Shown here: positions 10,401 through 21,722 of the stretch, one piece after another
Numbering within the stretch: the first letter of the stretch is position 1
How the letters are laid out: each line of letters starts with the position of its first letter
Assembly: GCF_041956535.1 (NCBI RefSeq)
Contig: NW_027192206.1
Span: 291,149-355,148 of the forward strand
DNA length: 64,000 nt
Direction: 5' to 3'
Source: Calcarisporiella thermophila CBS 279.70
Lineage: Eukaryota > Fungi > Calcarisporiellomycota
Notes under the pieces: generated by a model
What the model saw: only the letters and a program-made list of their open reading frames with translations
Databases searched by the model: none
Told to the model about the DNA's origin: nothing
Made by a program: the position numbers and the translations under genes

Positions 10401-13275
10401 TTATAGCTTGTCATAGTAACTAGAATGCAAAAAGAGAGCAGATGAGTGATCCATCCAATGCAAACACTACCAGCTGAGAAGAACGCAACATACCGATCAA
10501 GAGGAGGAACCTCTTCAGAAAGACCCTTGCGCTTCCGCACACCAGTGATAATATCGTAGACCTTGTTTCCGGACTCGAGAGGGTTGCCAGGCATGAGCTG
10601 CCAGTGATCGAACACCATCTGAGGGAAGGCCTGACCACCGGTCTGGGAACGGAGATCAGCAGTGAATCCGAAGGACTCGTTGACGGGGATGTAGGCCTTG
10701 ACGTTGTAGAGCGGGGTACCAGGGCGCTGCTCCTCGGAGAACACGTGGCCACGGCGACGATTGAGGGTGGAGTAGATACCACCAATGGCGTTCTCGGGAC
10801 ACTGGATCTCAACAAGGTACATGGGCTCCATGATGGTGGGGTTGGCAAGGAGCATAGCAGCGTATACGACACGACGGCAGGTAGGCATGATCTGACCTCC
10901 ACCACGATGGATAGCATCAGCGTGCAAGGTAACATCGAGGATGTTGAAGCGACAGCCACGCATGTTCTCCTCAGCAAGGACACCCTCCTTGGTAGCCCAC
11001 TGGAATGCAGCTACGCAAGAGTCCTTAATTTCATTAAGGTATTGCACAGCCTTGGTCTGATCGACAAGCAAGTTGGCGCCAGTGGTGTCGGGACCGAAGG
11101 ACCAGATCTTACGGGCATCGGTGACGTCCCAGCCGTATTCTTCAGCAAGAAGACGGGCACGAACCTTGAAATCGTCACGGGCGCTGACCTTGCCGGATTC
11201 GATGTCGTTGGAGAGCTCCTCGGCGAGGGGTTCAGCCTTCACGAACAGACGGTTGTGCTTGTTGGGCGACTTGGAAAGAGCGGTCATGGTGGACTCAGTG
11301 GTCACGGTCTCACGGTACTGCACGACAGGGTCACCAGTCTTGATCGGGACCTGAGCGTGATCCTCCTCAAGATCTTTCAAGCAAATCTCCAAGTGGAGTT
11401 CACCAGCGCCGGCAACAATGTGCTCACCGGAGTCGGAGGTGTAGCACTGAACGCAAGGGTCGGACTTGGAGAGACGCTTGAGACCTTCGACAAGCTTGGG
11501 AAGATCGTTGGCGTTCTTGACGTCGACGGCGACTTGCACGACAGGGGAGACGGAGAATTTCATGACCTTGAGGTTGTGCGCAGTCTCGCTTGTGGTGATG
11601 GTACCGGACTTGAGCAAGAACTGATCAACACCAACAAGACCCACAATGTTACCGGCGGGACAGTCCTCAATGGCCTCAACATAGCGACCCATCATGAGAA
11701 TGGTACGCTGAATGTTCTTCAAGAACAAATCTTCCTTCTTGCCAGGCTGGTAGTTAGGACCCTGAATGCGGACCTTCTGACCGGAGCGGACAGTACCGGA
11801 GAACACACGACCGAAGGCGTAGAAACGTCCTGAACGAATAAGAAGAATAAGCATGCGTAGACGAGAGAAACGGAAAAATGGAATACATACCCTTATCAGA
11901 GGTTGGCACCATCTTGGACACGTAAAGCATGAGGGGTGCGTTGGGGTCGCAGTTGCGGATACCGTTGGCGCACTCATCATCTTGAGGACCCTCATAAAGA
12001 TTCTCCACACGATACTTCTGAGCAGTAACTGGCGAGGGCAAGTGGATACAAATCATTTGAAGAAGAGCCTCACCGGCGGGCAAGAATTTGCGCATCACAA
12101 CCTTGAGGAGGGCCTTTCCTTCAAGATCCTTCTCGTCACTCTTGAGGGGAATTTCGAGTTTGGAGAGCATCATCTCAGTCTGCTCCTTCTTGAAGTTCAT
12201 GATGGCATCGAAGAGCTTGTAAATAGGATCAAGAACGAACATACAGAAGGCACGCTCAAGAGGCTTGCCAGCGGCATCAGTAGATTTAGTAGTCCACTTC
12301 TTGGTAGCGGGATTGAAGTAGTTCTCGCCCCAAAGCTTTTGCATCATCTTCTCGCGGTCAACACCGAACTTCTTGGAGTAGCGGCTGGCGAACTGGCGGA
12401 GGGTGAAACCCCATCCGTGAAGACCGGAACCGAAGGCGACGGTGCCCTTCTCGGGGTACACCTGCACATCACCGAGGATCTTATCGTTGTAGGTGGAGAT
12501 AATCACGTTCACGGTCTCGATGGTGCGTTGGAAGGACTGGTAGAGGTCCTCCTTGGGAAGTTGCAATTCGAGGAGAGCACGGTCAACCTTGTTGATAATG
12601 ACAACAGGCTTGATACGCTCACCGAGAGCCTGACGGAGCACAGTCTCAGTTTGCACGCACACACCCTCAACACAGTCAACGACAACGAGAGCACCATCAG
12701 TGACACGGAGTGCAGCAGTCACTTCAGATGAAAAGTCGACGTGCCCAGGAGAATCGATCAAGTTGATCAAGAACTCCTTACCTAGTTTGATTATATAAGA
12801 AAGCATAAGTCATTCGATTAGAGGATTAGTGCCATATATAAAAAATCAGATTATAAATCAAAATTACCCTTGGTTTCCTGCTTGACATCGGTCACATCCT
12901 CGTCGTCAAGAGCAAAGAACATGGAAATGGCGGTGGATTTGATAGTAATACACCGGTCTTGTTCGTCTTGGCGGGTATCGGTGAAACGAGTTTCTCCGGC
13001 ACGAGCGGAAGAAATAATACCGGCCTTAGAAACAAGGGAGTCGGTCAATGTGGACTTGCCGTGGTCTACGTGGGCAATGACGGACATGTTACGCACGTTC
13101 GTGACACGGTCCATAAGACCACGAATCTAGTTAAAGGAAATAAAATGATTAAAAATGATCCTCATGTAAATTTTCAAATGGTCGTTTGTGCAATATTTGG
13201 CTTCGGAAAAAAGAGTGTATAAATTCCACAATATCGCCAAATAATACATACTTCATCTACGGTAAAGTTGACCAT
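10401..13275 (-). CDS. EFT2: Translation elongation factor 2 (5 exons)
   Basis: MVNFTVDE start, [18 protein letters not shown], diphthamide loop [12 protein letters not shown], ends YYDKL*. Confidence 0.98.
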
Positions 13276-13507
13276 CTTTGCTATTTATCGATGAATGGAT
13301 GGATGATAAAAATGTAAAGATAGATGCAAAGACGTTCCGTCCACGAGGGAGTGATAAAGAACAGGGATTGAAAAAAAAATTTCTTCGCAGGTTTCTTATT
13401 GTGGTGTGAGATAGAGAACTGCGCCACAATATTGACGCATAAAATATAAGGGGGAATTACTGCCAACTTTGTAAATTTTACTAATTTACAACATTTTTGA
13501 GAGAAAA

Positions 13508-15571
13508 ATGGGCTCTAGAAATATTGACGATCGCCATCTTAATAAAGAATTGCGCATTTATGAGCAAGATGACAGCATAAAGTATGCTTCTGCTTGGATG
13601 TTTGGCTAAGATTATCATAAATTTCTTATCTAATCTTACTAGGCTGCCAAAGAAGGGGGAGCGCAATATTCTTATCACGTCCGCGCTACCTTATGTTAAC
13701 AACACGCCTCATCTTGGCAATATCATTGGAAGCGTGCTTTCTGCTGATGTTTTTGCTCGCTATTCTCGGCTCCGTGGTTACAATACCTTATATATCTGTG
13801 GCACGGATGAGTATGGTACAGCAACCGAGACTAAAGCACTCGAGGAGGGGCTCAGTTGTCAAGAATTATGTGATAAATATAATGCGATCCATAGAGAATG
13901 CTACGAGTGGTTCATGATTTCATTCGATCACTTTGGGCGAACCACAACTCCCCAACAAACTGAGTAAATGTCGCTATAAAATTAGTCTAATTCTTTCATA
14001 TTGTATTGACTTAATTTTTTACGTAATAGAATTGCGCAAGACATGTTTTTGAAATTGCACAAGAATGGCTATACTCTTGAGGAGAGTGTTGTCCAGCTCT
14101 TCTGCGAGAAATGCCAGAGATTCCTTGCCGATCGTTATGTGGAGGGCACTTGTCCCAAATGCGGATATGAGGATGCACGAGGTGACCAATGCGACAAATG
14201 TGGGAACCTGCTCAATTCAATTGAGCTCATCAACCCGCGCTGCAAATTAGACGGAAATACACCTATCACCCGCGAGAGCACACATCTCTTCCTTGATCTT
14301 GCAAAATTGCAACCGGCATGCGAACGATTCTTTGAAGAGACAGCCACTGATGGAAAGTGGACTGCGAACGCCAAGGCAATTACTCAGGCGTGGCTTAAAG
14401 ATGGGCTAAAACCGCGATGCATTACCCGTGATCTCAAGTGGGGAGTGCCTGTGCCCTTACCCGAAATGAAAGATAAGGTGTTTTACGTATGGTTCGATGC
14501 GCCAATTGGGTACCCATCAATTACTGCTAATTACACGCCTGAGTGGGAAAAGTGGTGGAAGAACCCAGAAGATGTCACATTATATCAATTCATGGGGAAA
14601 GATAACGTTCCTTTCCATACAGTCATGTTCCCGTGCACACAATTGGGCACAGGAGACGATTGGACAATCCTAAGCCATATCAGTACAACAGGTAAAAATT
14701 AATAGCTCTCCTATATTCTCTAGTATACATCTGATATCCCTCATCTTTTGCAGAATACCTCAACTATGAGACTGGTAAATTCTCCAAATCACGAGGCGTC
14801 GGCGTGTTCGGAAACAATGCAAAAGATACAGGTGTGCCTTCGTCTGTCTGGCGCTATCACCTTCTCTCCAACCGACCAGAGTCCAATGATAGTCAGTTCA
14901 CATGGCGCGATTTCATCTCTCGCAACAATAATGAGCTGCTTGCAAATCTCGGAAATTTCTGCAGTCGAGTCATCAAATTCGTTGTTGCGAAGTTTGATAG
15001 CGTGATCCCAGAATTCCAACTCACTTCTGCAGAAGAACCAGTAGTGCAAGAGATTAATGATCTCCTGGCCAATTACATTGAAGATATGGAACAATTACGA
15101 CTGCGTGCCGCACTGCAAACTGCTATGAAGATTTCGGCGCGTGGAAATCTATTTTTGCAAGACAACAAGCTGAGCAATGCGCTACTTGAGGAGCCTGAAC
15201 GTTGCGCCTCTGTTGTCGGATTGGCCATTAATATAATTTATCTGCTTTCTGCTCTAGTTTCACCTTACATGCCGACAACCACCGAGGCTATTCTTCGTCA
15301 GTTGAATGCACCGGCTCGGTTAATCCCCGACCGCTGGACTGGCGACGATATCCTTGGAGGTCATCGAATTGGTAAACCGGAATATTTGTTTACAAGGATT
15401 GATTCCAAAATGGAGGAGCAGTGGAAGAGCATATATGGTGGAGAGCAGAAGGAGGAAAAGAAGGACAAGAAGAAGAGCAAGAAAGAGAAAAAAGAAAAAA
15501 AGAGTGTTAAGCCTGAGGAAGTTAAATCAAAGGATGAAAGCAAAGTGAATGGCGCCGATCAAACCAATTGA
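13508..15571 (+). CDS. MES1: Cytosolic methionyl-tRNA synthetase (4 exons)
   Basis: [16 protein letters not shown] (HIGH), Zn knuckles, [16 protein letters not shown] (KMSKS), Lys-rich tail. Confidence 0.96.
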
Positions 15572-15713
15572 TAGATGTTTTTTTTTATAATCGAAACTAT
15601 ATTATTTTTTTTACGTGATAGATACTGAAATTATCTTTTGTATTAAAGGGTGACCTCTTTTCATATCCCATTTTGTTTTACGAATCAAAATGATTACGAG
15701 ATATCACAAAGAT

Positions 15714-17413
15714 TTATTTATCATCAGAAAAAAAGTCTGTCAGGACACCACCCCATCCACCGAAAGAATTCCCATCATTTTCTTGCGATGCTTCATCAGA
15801 CATCAGTCTATCATCTTGTACAAGTTCGTCGCCCCATAAATTTTTTTGCATTGAAGATTGCTGCTCAGAAGAGAATGGAGCACCAGTGGAAACAGGTGGG
15901 ACTGAATTGTCGGATTCGGAGGAATTGTGATGATCATAGCTATCTTCTCCTTGACTCATACCCATAGGAAGCCACATGAATCTAAAATAATAAGAAATGT
16001 AAATGAATAAATGGCTCGATAGTTCTATTGTCGATGGGATTGAATGTCACCCTCCGCTTCCACTCGAGTGTCGAGAGAAAAAGTCAATATCAATATTAAT
16101 GGCGCAGGCTAGAGCAACAGTTCGCTCAGCTAGTGAAAGCGTGTGCCCATGCTCCGATACGGCATCCTATTGGGTTGCAGGGTTTAGCGAGGAGCGTTCA
16201 GTACTGGAGGATTTTGCGATACACTAATATATTACCATCCTAAGCACGAACTGACTCGTGTCAGTAAAGATCTCGCGCCCAAAACCTCTAAAATTTTTAT
16301 TGATCAAAGCAACGCATTCATCTTTGAGTACGGATAGAGATTAGTACTATAAATCGCGGTTTAATATCTAAAAAATAGTACTGTTTTCATTCTTCATTTC
16401 GAAATCCCAAGAGAGAGGTGGAGCGTCAATCAGAGCAAACTGCTTTTTTCTAATTCAATAGTGATCATATTAGCCAAGCCATTTCAAGATCCATATAAAG
16501 CAACAACAACTATACCCTACGAAGAGTTCATATTGTCGGCGAAGGAGGTGGAATTTTTGATGGACCTTAATAATATTGTTCAATATATATGTGATTATCC
16601 ACGCTTGAAAAATTACATAAATGAATTCTCACCTCTCCAATAATCTGATCATTTTCAGTCATAACATAAATTCGACTTGTCAAAAACCAGACAAACGGTC
16701 TCCATACCTAAAGACGTTGGCCAGAGTTATTAATGATTTCGATACTTATAACAAAATAATAACAAAAAAATTAGTACTTTCAAGAGGATATTCCCATTGA
16801 TATCTAAAATACTAGCACTGAAGCGACGTCTAGTCCCTAGGAATTGTCGTGAAATGCTCTTTCCAAACGAGTCCTCTTCAACGATAAACCCTTTTGTGAA
16901 AATTAAACAATACTTGAACATTAGATCATAAGGATCAAATGATTTATGCTCAGAATTACCTAGTGGATTCCCATATGGATCGACTATAGCATACTTATTT
17001 TCTTGATCGTAGCCAACAAGTAGCTGCATCATTTCCAACTGTCTTGTGATGATTATTGCAGGCTGTGCCAGTATTCTGCTAATAGGGTGATGACGATCTA
17101 TTATCCCGGAGTTGTTTGGAGGGAGAGAGACAGGTCTATTTAAGCGAGGATCACTAGGTGCTACATCATGTTGCTTCCATTGCTGATAAGGGTAATTGTT
17201 GGTATCTTGTTCACGAGGTTGAATGCGCTTGACAGCTGGATTTATAATCCGAAGTCGAGTGCCAGCTTGGCGCGGAACTCTCAGAGACGCAAAAGCACGG
17301 AATTCGCTTGCTACGTATTTCTGGGGAAGAACACGATTATTAACATGGGATGCTATAGGAAAGAGATATTTTCGGCAGCAAAGTGTTCGGCATGTGGATA
17401 GAACAGTATTCAT
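15714..17413 (-). CDS. AIM25: Mitochondrial scramblase-family protein Aim25 (multi-exon)
   Basis: Arg-rich presequence, PAIIITRQLEMMQLLVGYDQENKYAIVD, ERTVALACAINIDIDFFSRHS. Confidence 0.85.
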
Positions 17414-17748
17414 GATTAATATACACGCCAAAGGGGTGAAGATTAAACCTGTCACAAAACTCTTAAATTTCTTTTGACTATCCCGGACTTCTTTATCAAT
17501 AATTTCCAAGCCACATCTAAAGAAGGAAGGTCATTTTATCCCTATATCCTAAGGATCGCGTCGTACAGGCTTGATGAGGTAACGGTCGATTTGTATTACT
17601 GCAACCGAATAATACATAATGATAATTAAATAGGCCGAGTCATTAAATAATCCCCGTAGTTTGTTCCAGATTGAAAGTCTTCCTCAATTTTACTTTTTAT
17701 TGCCCCTTTATTATCTCCTAGTTTTTTCTCCTTCATTATCTTAAGCAA

Positions 17749-19263
17749 ATGACCAACGAGATAGAATATCGTCATTTTCTTTTCGTTTGTATTGGGTCGA
17801 TGGGAGATGTGATGCCGTCTGTGTGTTTGGCAGCAGGACTGCAAAAGCATGGGCATAAAGCTACTATTGCTACCTACAAACGCTACGAACAACTAGTTCT
17901 GAACGCCGGTCTCTCTTACTATGAGCTCTCTGGCGATTTAATCGACACGATAATGACAGAGAAAAAAGCACGGCAAGAAGAATTTACCAATCCATTTTCT
18001 GGGTTTACTAAATTCGCTAGCGCAATGGAGCCAACAATACGCTCTTTATATCACGACGCGGACAATGAGTCGATGTGGATGGGCAAGGATTGTAAGCATC
18101 TTATTCACACTCTTAAAGTTTGTAAAATATTAACTTTTATATTCATATTAGGTGTAGTATTAAGTTGTATGTCAGTTGTACTTTATCCAGATGTAGTGAA
18201 GCGCAGAATACCATTTGTATATTTGGGACTACAACCCCTTCGGCCAAATTGTACGTACAATTCATTAAACTTTAAGAATTTTCATGTTCCTTATGTGTTC
18301 TCTCCAGATTCATTTTCGCCACCACTCTTGAACCAGCCAGCGTTTGGTTTCCATTGGATTTTTACTCGCGGCATGTGGTTTGTCCAGGACTGGGCCATTA
18401 GATTTATGTACTTGAGCCATGTAAACACGCGTCTCAAACAATTTGGCATGATGCCTTTGCCACAAGCTCCAGGGCAAGCTTTCTTTAAATCAAAGAAGAT
18501 TCCTCAGATCCTGACCTTCAGTCCGACCCTCCTTTCGATCGTAAAACCTGAGGATCGAGCGAAATATAACGATATTCAAGTTGGTTACTTTGCTCCTCCG
18601 ATTGATACCTACACTCCCCCCGATGATATGGCTAATTTTCTTAACGCGGACGGAAAAATGAAACCTATCTACTTTGGCTTTGGGTCAATGAGTACTGCTT
18701 TCGAACATAAGTCTGAAATCGCACAACAACAGCTCAAGTTGTGGCTACGGGTGCTAGACGGGATCGCGCAGACATATCCTCAAGTGCGAGCATTTTTCTG
18801 CTTAGACAAAACCTTGATTCAATCGCCAGAACTGGTAGAGCGTATACACCGCGGTCAAATATACGCTACCGAGAAGCTTGTGCCTCACAGATGGTTGTTC
18901 CCAAGATGCCTTGCAGCAGTGCACCATGGTGGAGCAGGTACAAGCCATGCTGCACTCGAAGCGGGCATACCCTCAGTGGTTGTGGCGTACGTGGGTGATC
19001 AAAGATGGAATGGCTCTCTACTAATGCATAAAGGCATCTGCTCAGCTGTAATTAGGTTCAAAGATCTGGCGGTTGGGGCATTAGTGGATGCTGTGCTTGG
19101 CGCTGCATTCGACGATGTAGTTTTGGATCAAGCCAAAAAACTTGGGGACGAAGTGCGCACGCGCGAAAAGGATGCGGTGAATGACGCGTGTGAATTTTTG
19201 AGGGAATACTTCAACAAGAAGCCTGGAGGGCACTGGGAGGATGAGGCATCGGAGATATTTTGA
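17749..19263 (+). CDS. GT1 UDP-glycosyltransferase, sterol 3-beta-glucosyltransferase-like, catalytic domains only
   Basis: GSMGDVMP (cf. GSRGDVQP), IYFGFGSM, PHRWLFPRC..VHHGGAGT...GDQ. Probable in-frame intron 18092-18151. Confidence 0.88.
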   Translation: MTNEIEYRHFLFVCIGSMGDVMPSVCLAAGLQKHGHKATIATYKRYEQLVLNAGLSYYELSGDLIDTIMTEKKARQEEFTNPFSGFTKFASAMEPTIRSLYHDADNESMWMGKDCKHLIHTLKVCKILTFIFILGVVLSCMSVVLYPDVVKRRIPFVYLGLQPLRPNCTYNSLNFKNFHVPYVFSPDSFSPPLLNQPAFGFHWIFTRGMWFVQDWAIRFMYLSHVNTRLKQFGMMPLPQAPGQAFFKSKKIPQILTFSPTLLSIVKPEDRAKYNDIQVGYFAPPIDTYTPPDDMANFLNADGKMKPIYFGFGSMSTAFEHKSEIAQQQLKLWLRVLDGIAQTYPQVRAFFCLDKTLIQSPELVERIHRGQIYATEKLVPHRWLFPRCLAAVHHGGAGTSHAALEAGIPSVVVAYVGDQRWNGSLLMHKGICSAVIRFKDLAVGALVDAVLGAAFDDVVLDQAKKLGDEVRTREKDAVNDACEFLREYFNKKPGGHWEDEASEIF

Positions 19264-19469
19264 ATACGCTTAACTTATTATTTGTAATTGAATCTGTATT
19301 TATCAGAGGATACTCTACTTTAGCACGTTTAATTCAACGAAATCTTTCAGTGAAAATTTCAAAAAACAAGCATATTGAAGGTAGAATCCTCTAAGTTACA
19401 GAAGGGAAGAATTTAAAAACATATTCAAATGTTTCCCTTGCCATTCGTGCAGATCATAATCGAAATCGT

Positions 19470-19772
19470 TCAGGATTTCAATGATCGAATCCTTCCGATT
19501 TCACTTAAAGGAAATTCACGTTCAACATCAAGTGTGAGTGGAGTCATGGGCGCATTATCTCCAGTAGATGATGCAGGCTTCAATACAGGACTGCGAAGAG
19601 GCGTCTGAGGAGTGACATTATCGAATGTGGGGATGAGGTCTTTCAAATCAATGGTGAGGTCATTGTTTGGGGTTTCCTGCTGTGAGAGATTTCTTGAGCT
19701 TGTTACAGAGGGTACAGGGGCGTGGGAGTTGGAGAGGGGGGTAGAACTGCTTTCTAAGAACTGGGTTGTCAT
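19470..19772 (-). CDS. Small disordered Ser/Thr-Pro-rich protein (100 aa), unknown function
   Basis: ATG 19772; TPQTPLRSPVLKP and PMTPLTLD. Coding-like composition, divergent from ERV29. Confidence 0.6.
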   Translation of the reverse strand: MTTQFLESSSTPLSNSHAPVPSVTSSRNLSQQETPNNDLTIDLKDLIPTFDNVTPQTPLRSPVLKPASSTGDNAPMTPLTLDVEREFPLSEIGRIRSLKS

Positions 19773-20233
19773 GAATGCTATGATTTGCGTTTCGAATTGA
19801 ATGACACTATCGATACAGGTCGCGATTATCATAATTCGCAAAGCCTCGAGTGGCGTCGCAACATGTGAACAGGACTCAGACGCAGTCAAGGTTTTAGTCC
19901 AAGATAATAAAAGAGGAAATCAGAGAAGCTCGCACGGCTTAATAGCTGGAAATAACAGCGGCTTTTCCTCGTAGGCGACCACCGGTAGATCAAAAGTTAA
20001 AAACTAGTTATGTAATGCATTAGAATAAGAGTGTACTTGGTCCTAGTATGAATAGGGCAGTTGTTATGCAATCGTCTAATATTTGCCTTTTCATCTTTCT
20101 CCTTTGAGGTGTTACGCTTCTATTGGCTAGGAGTTGAAATCTTACAACCTTTCAATCTCCAAACAGATCCTCGTTTTATTCTTATTATTTCACGGAGAAT
20201 TGGAATTTCAGCGATTATACGCGTATATACAAC

Positions 20234-21377
20234 ATGGCAGGTGAATATAACGACTGGAAAGGGCAGGTAGATGTCTTGAAGCTTTTACTTGATTTCATTC
20301 GCTTTCTTTTGGATTTACTGGTGGAAATGTGGTTCTCTAACTTTCCGCCCGATATATTCTTATACAACCTAGGTTAAATCCCTCTCATCAAAAGCCGAAG
20401 ACTTACTCGAAACAGTTGGCACTCCATTGAAACCGTAAGCTGATATTTTCAAATGTATTGCATATCTATAGTCCAAATGAACTATTCACACATGATTGAT
20501 CCCATAGATATATGCCTGCAATCGGACGAATGTTGATTGTAGCGACTTTCTTTGAGGATGCATTGCGTATCGTTAGTCAGTGGAAAGATCAGCTATCTTA
20601 TCTTGGTTAGACTGAATTTTGGCTGCTCCAAGAATATCTTAATAGATCCCATATTAACCTTTGTATTATTAGAGCGTCACCGTCATTTCCCTTGGGGACT
20701 GAGCCATTCCTTTTTAATTTTAAATGTTTTGGTACGGTTCGTTTAGACTACCTTATAATGGAGGCGTGTGTTAACAGACTTAAAATTAGACAATGCTCTC
20801 GTGTTCGGTGCTGGTAATCGCTAAAAAGCACTCCGAGATTGCGGTTGGCGGATTAATTGGTGTCGTTATTATGCAAGCTATCGGTTACGGCTTGCTATTT
20901 GATATTTCTTTCTTATTGCGCAATATTTCTGTTATGGGCGGTCTTCTGATGGTGCTTTCTGACTCGCTCTCCCGTCGCCGTCGCATGTTTGCAGCCCTAC
21001 CCTCGCTATCCGAGACAGATCGTCGAAAGTATTTCCAACTTGCGGGTCGTGTGTTGCTAATCTTTCTCTTCCTCGGCTTTGTGCTGCATGGTGAATGGTC
21101 GCTTCTTCGCGTAGCATTTTCAATAATAAGTTTGGCTGCGTGCGTGATGGTTGTTATTGGATTTAAGGCCAAATGGAGTGCAACTTTCCTCGTACTATTC
21201 CTCTCGATCTTTAACCTGATTGTAAATAACTGGTGGTCTATGCACCATGCCCATCCCGAGCGCGACTTCCTTAAATATGACTTCTTCCAGACGCTTTCTA
21301 TTGTTGGAGGATTATTGTTGTTGGTAAATATGGGACCGGGTGGGATAAGTTACGATTCTTTGAAAAAAGAATATTAA
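20234..21377 (+). CDS. ERV29: SURF4/Erv29 ER cargo receptor (multi-exon)
   Basis: PAIGRMLIVATFFEDALRI, RDFLKYDFFQTLSIVGGLLL, C-terminal KKEY dilysine signal. Confidence 0.95.
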
Positions 21378-21722
21378 ATATATCTTATCTATTGTTACCT
21401 ATCGCTATTTCCTTTTTGACGAATGTTTCTGTGTCATCTATTACCATTTCTAAGTCTTAGTTTAAGTGTGAATAGGGAAAGAAAATCACTGTAATTTAAT
21501 GGCTTGCAGTTCAGTTGAATTAGCGCGTTTTAAAAAGCCAAATATTAAAATATTGTCACCGTATATCATAAAAAACGAGGGTAAATATCAAAAAAAGCAA
21601 AACGCTCACACACAAAGATAATGCATGGAAAAAAAACATCGTGAAGCATGAAATGAAATTGCATTAAACTAAAATAGTGTATTGAGATTATATACTGAGA
21701 AATATAAAATCGGTAAAGCAGA

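Noticed and set aside
10604-12731. Long antisense ORFs (409 and 292 aa) over eEF2
   Set aside because: Expected by-product of strong codon bias in a highly expressed gene; no domain signal.
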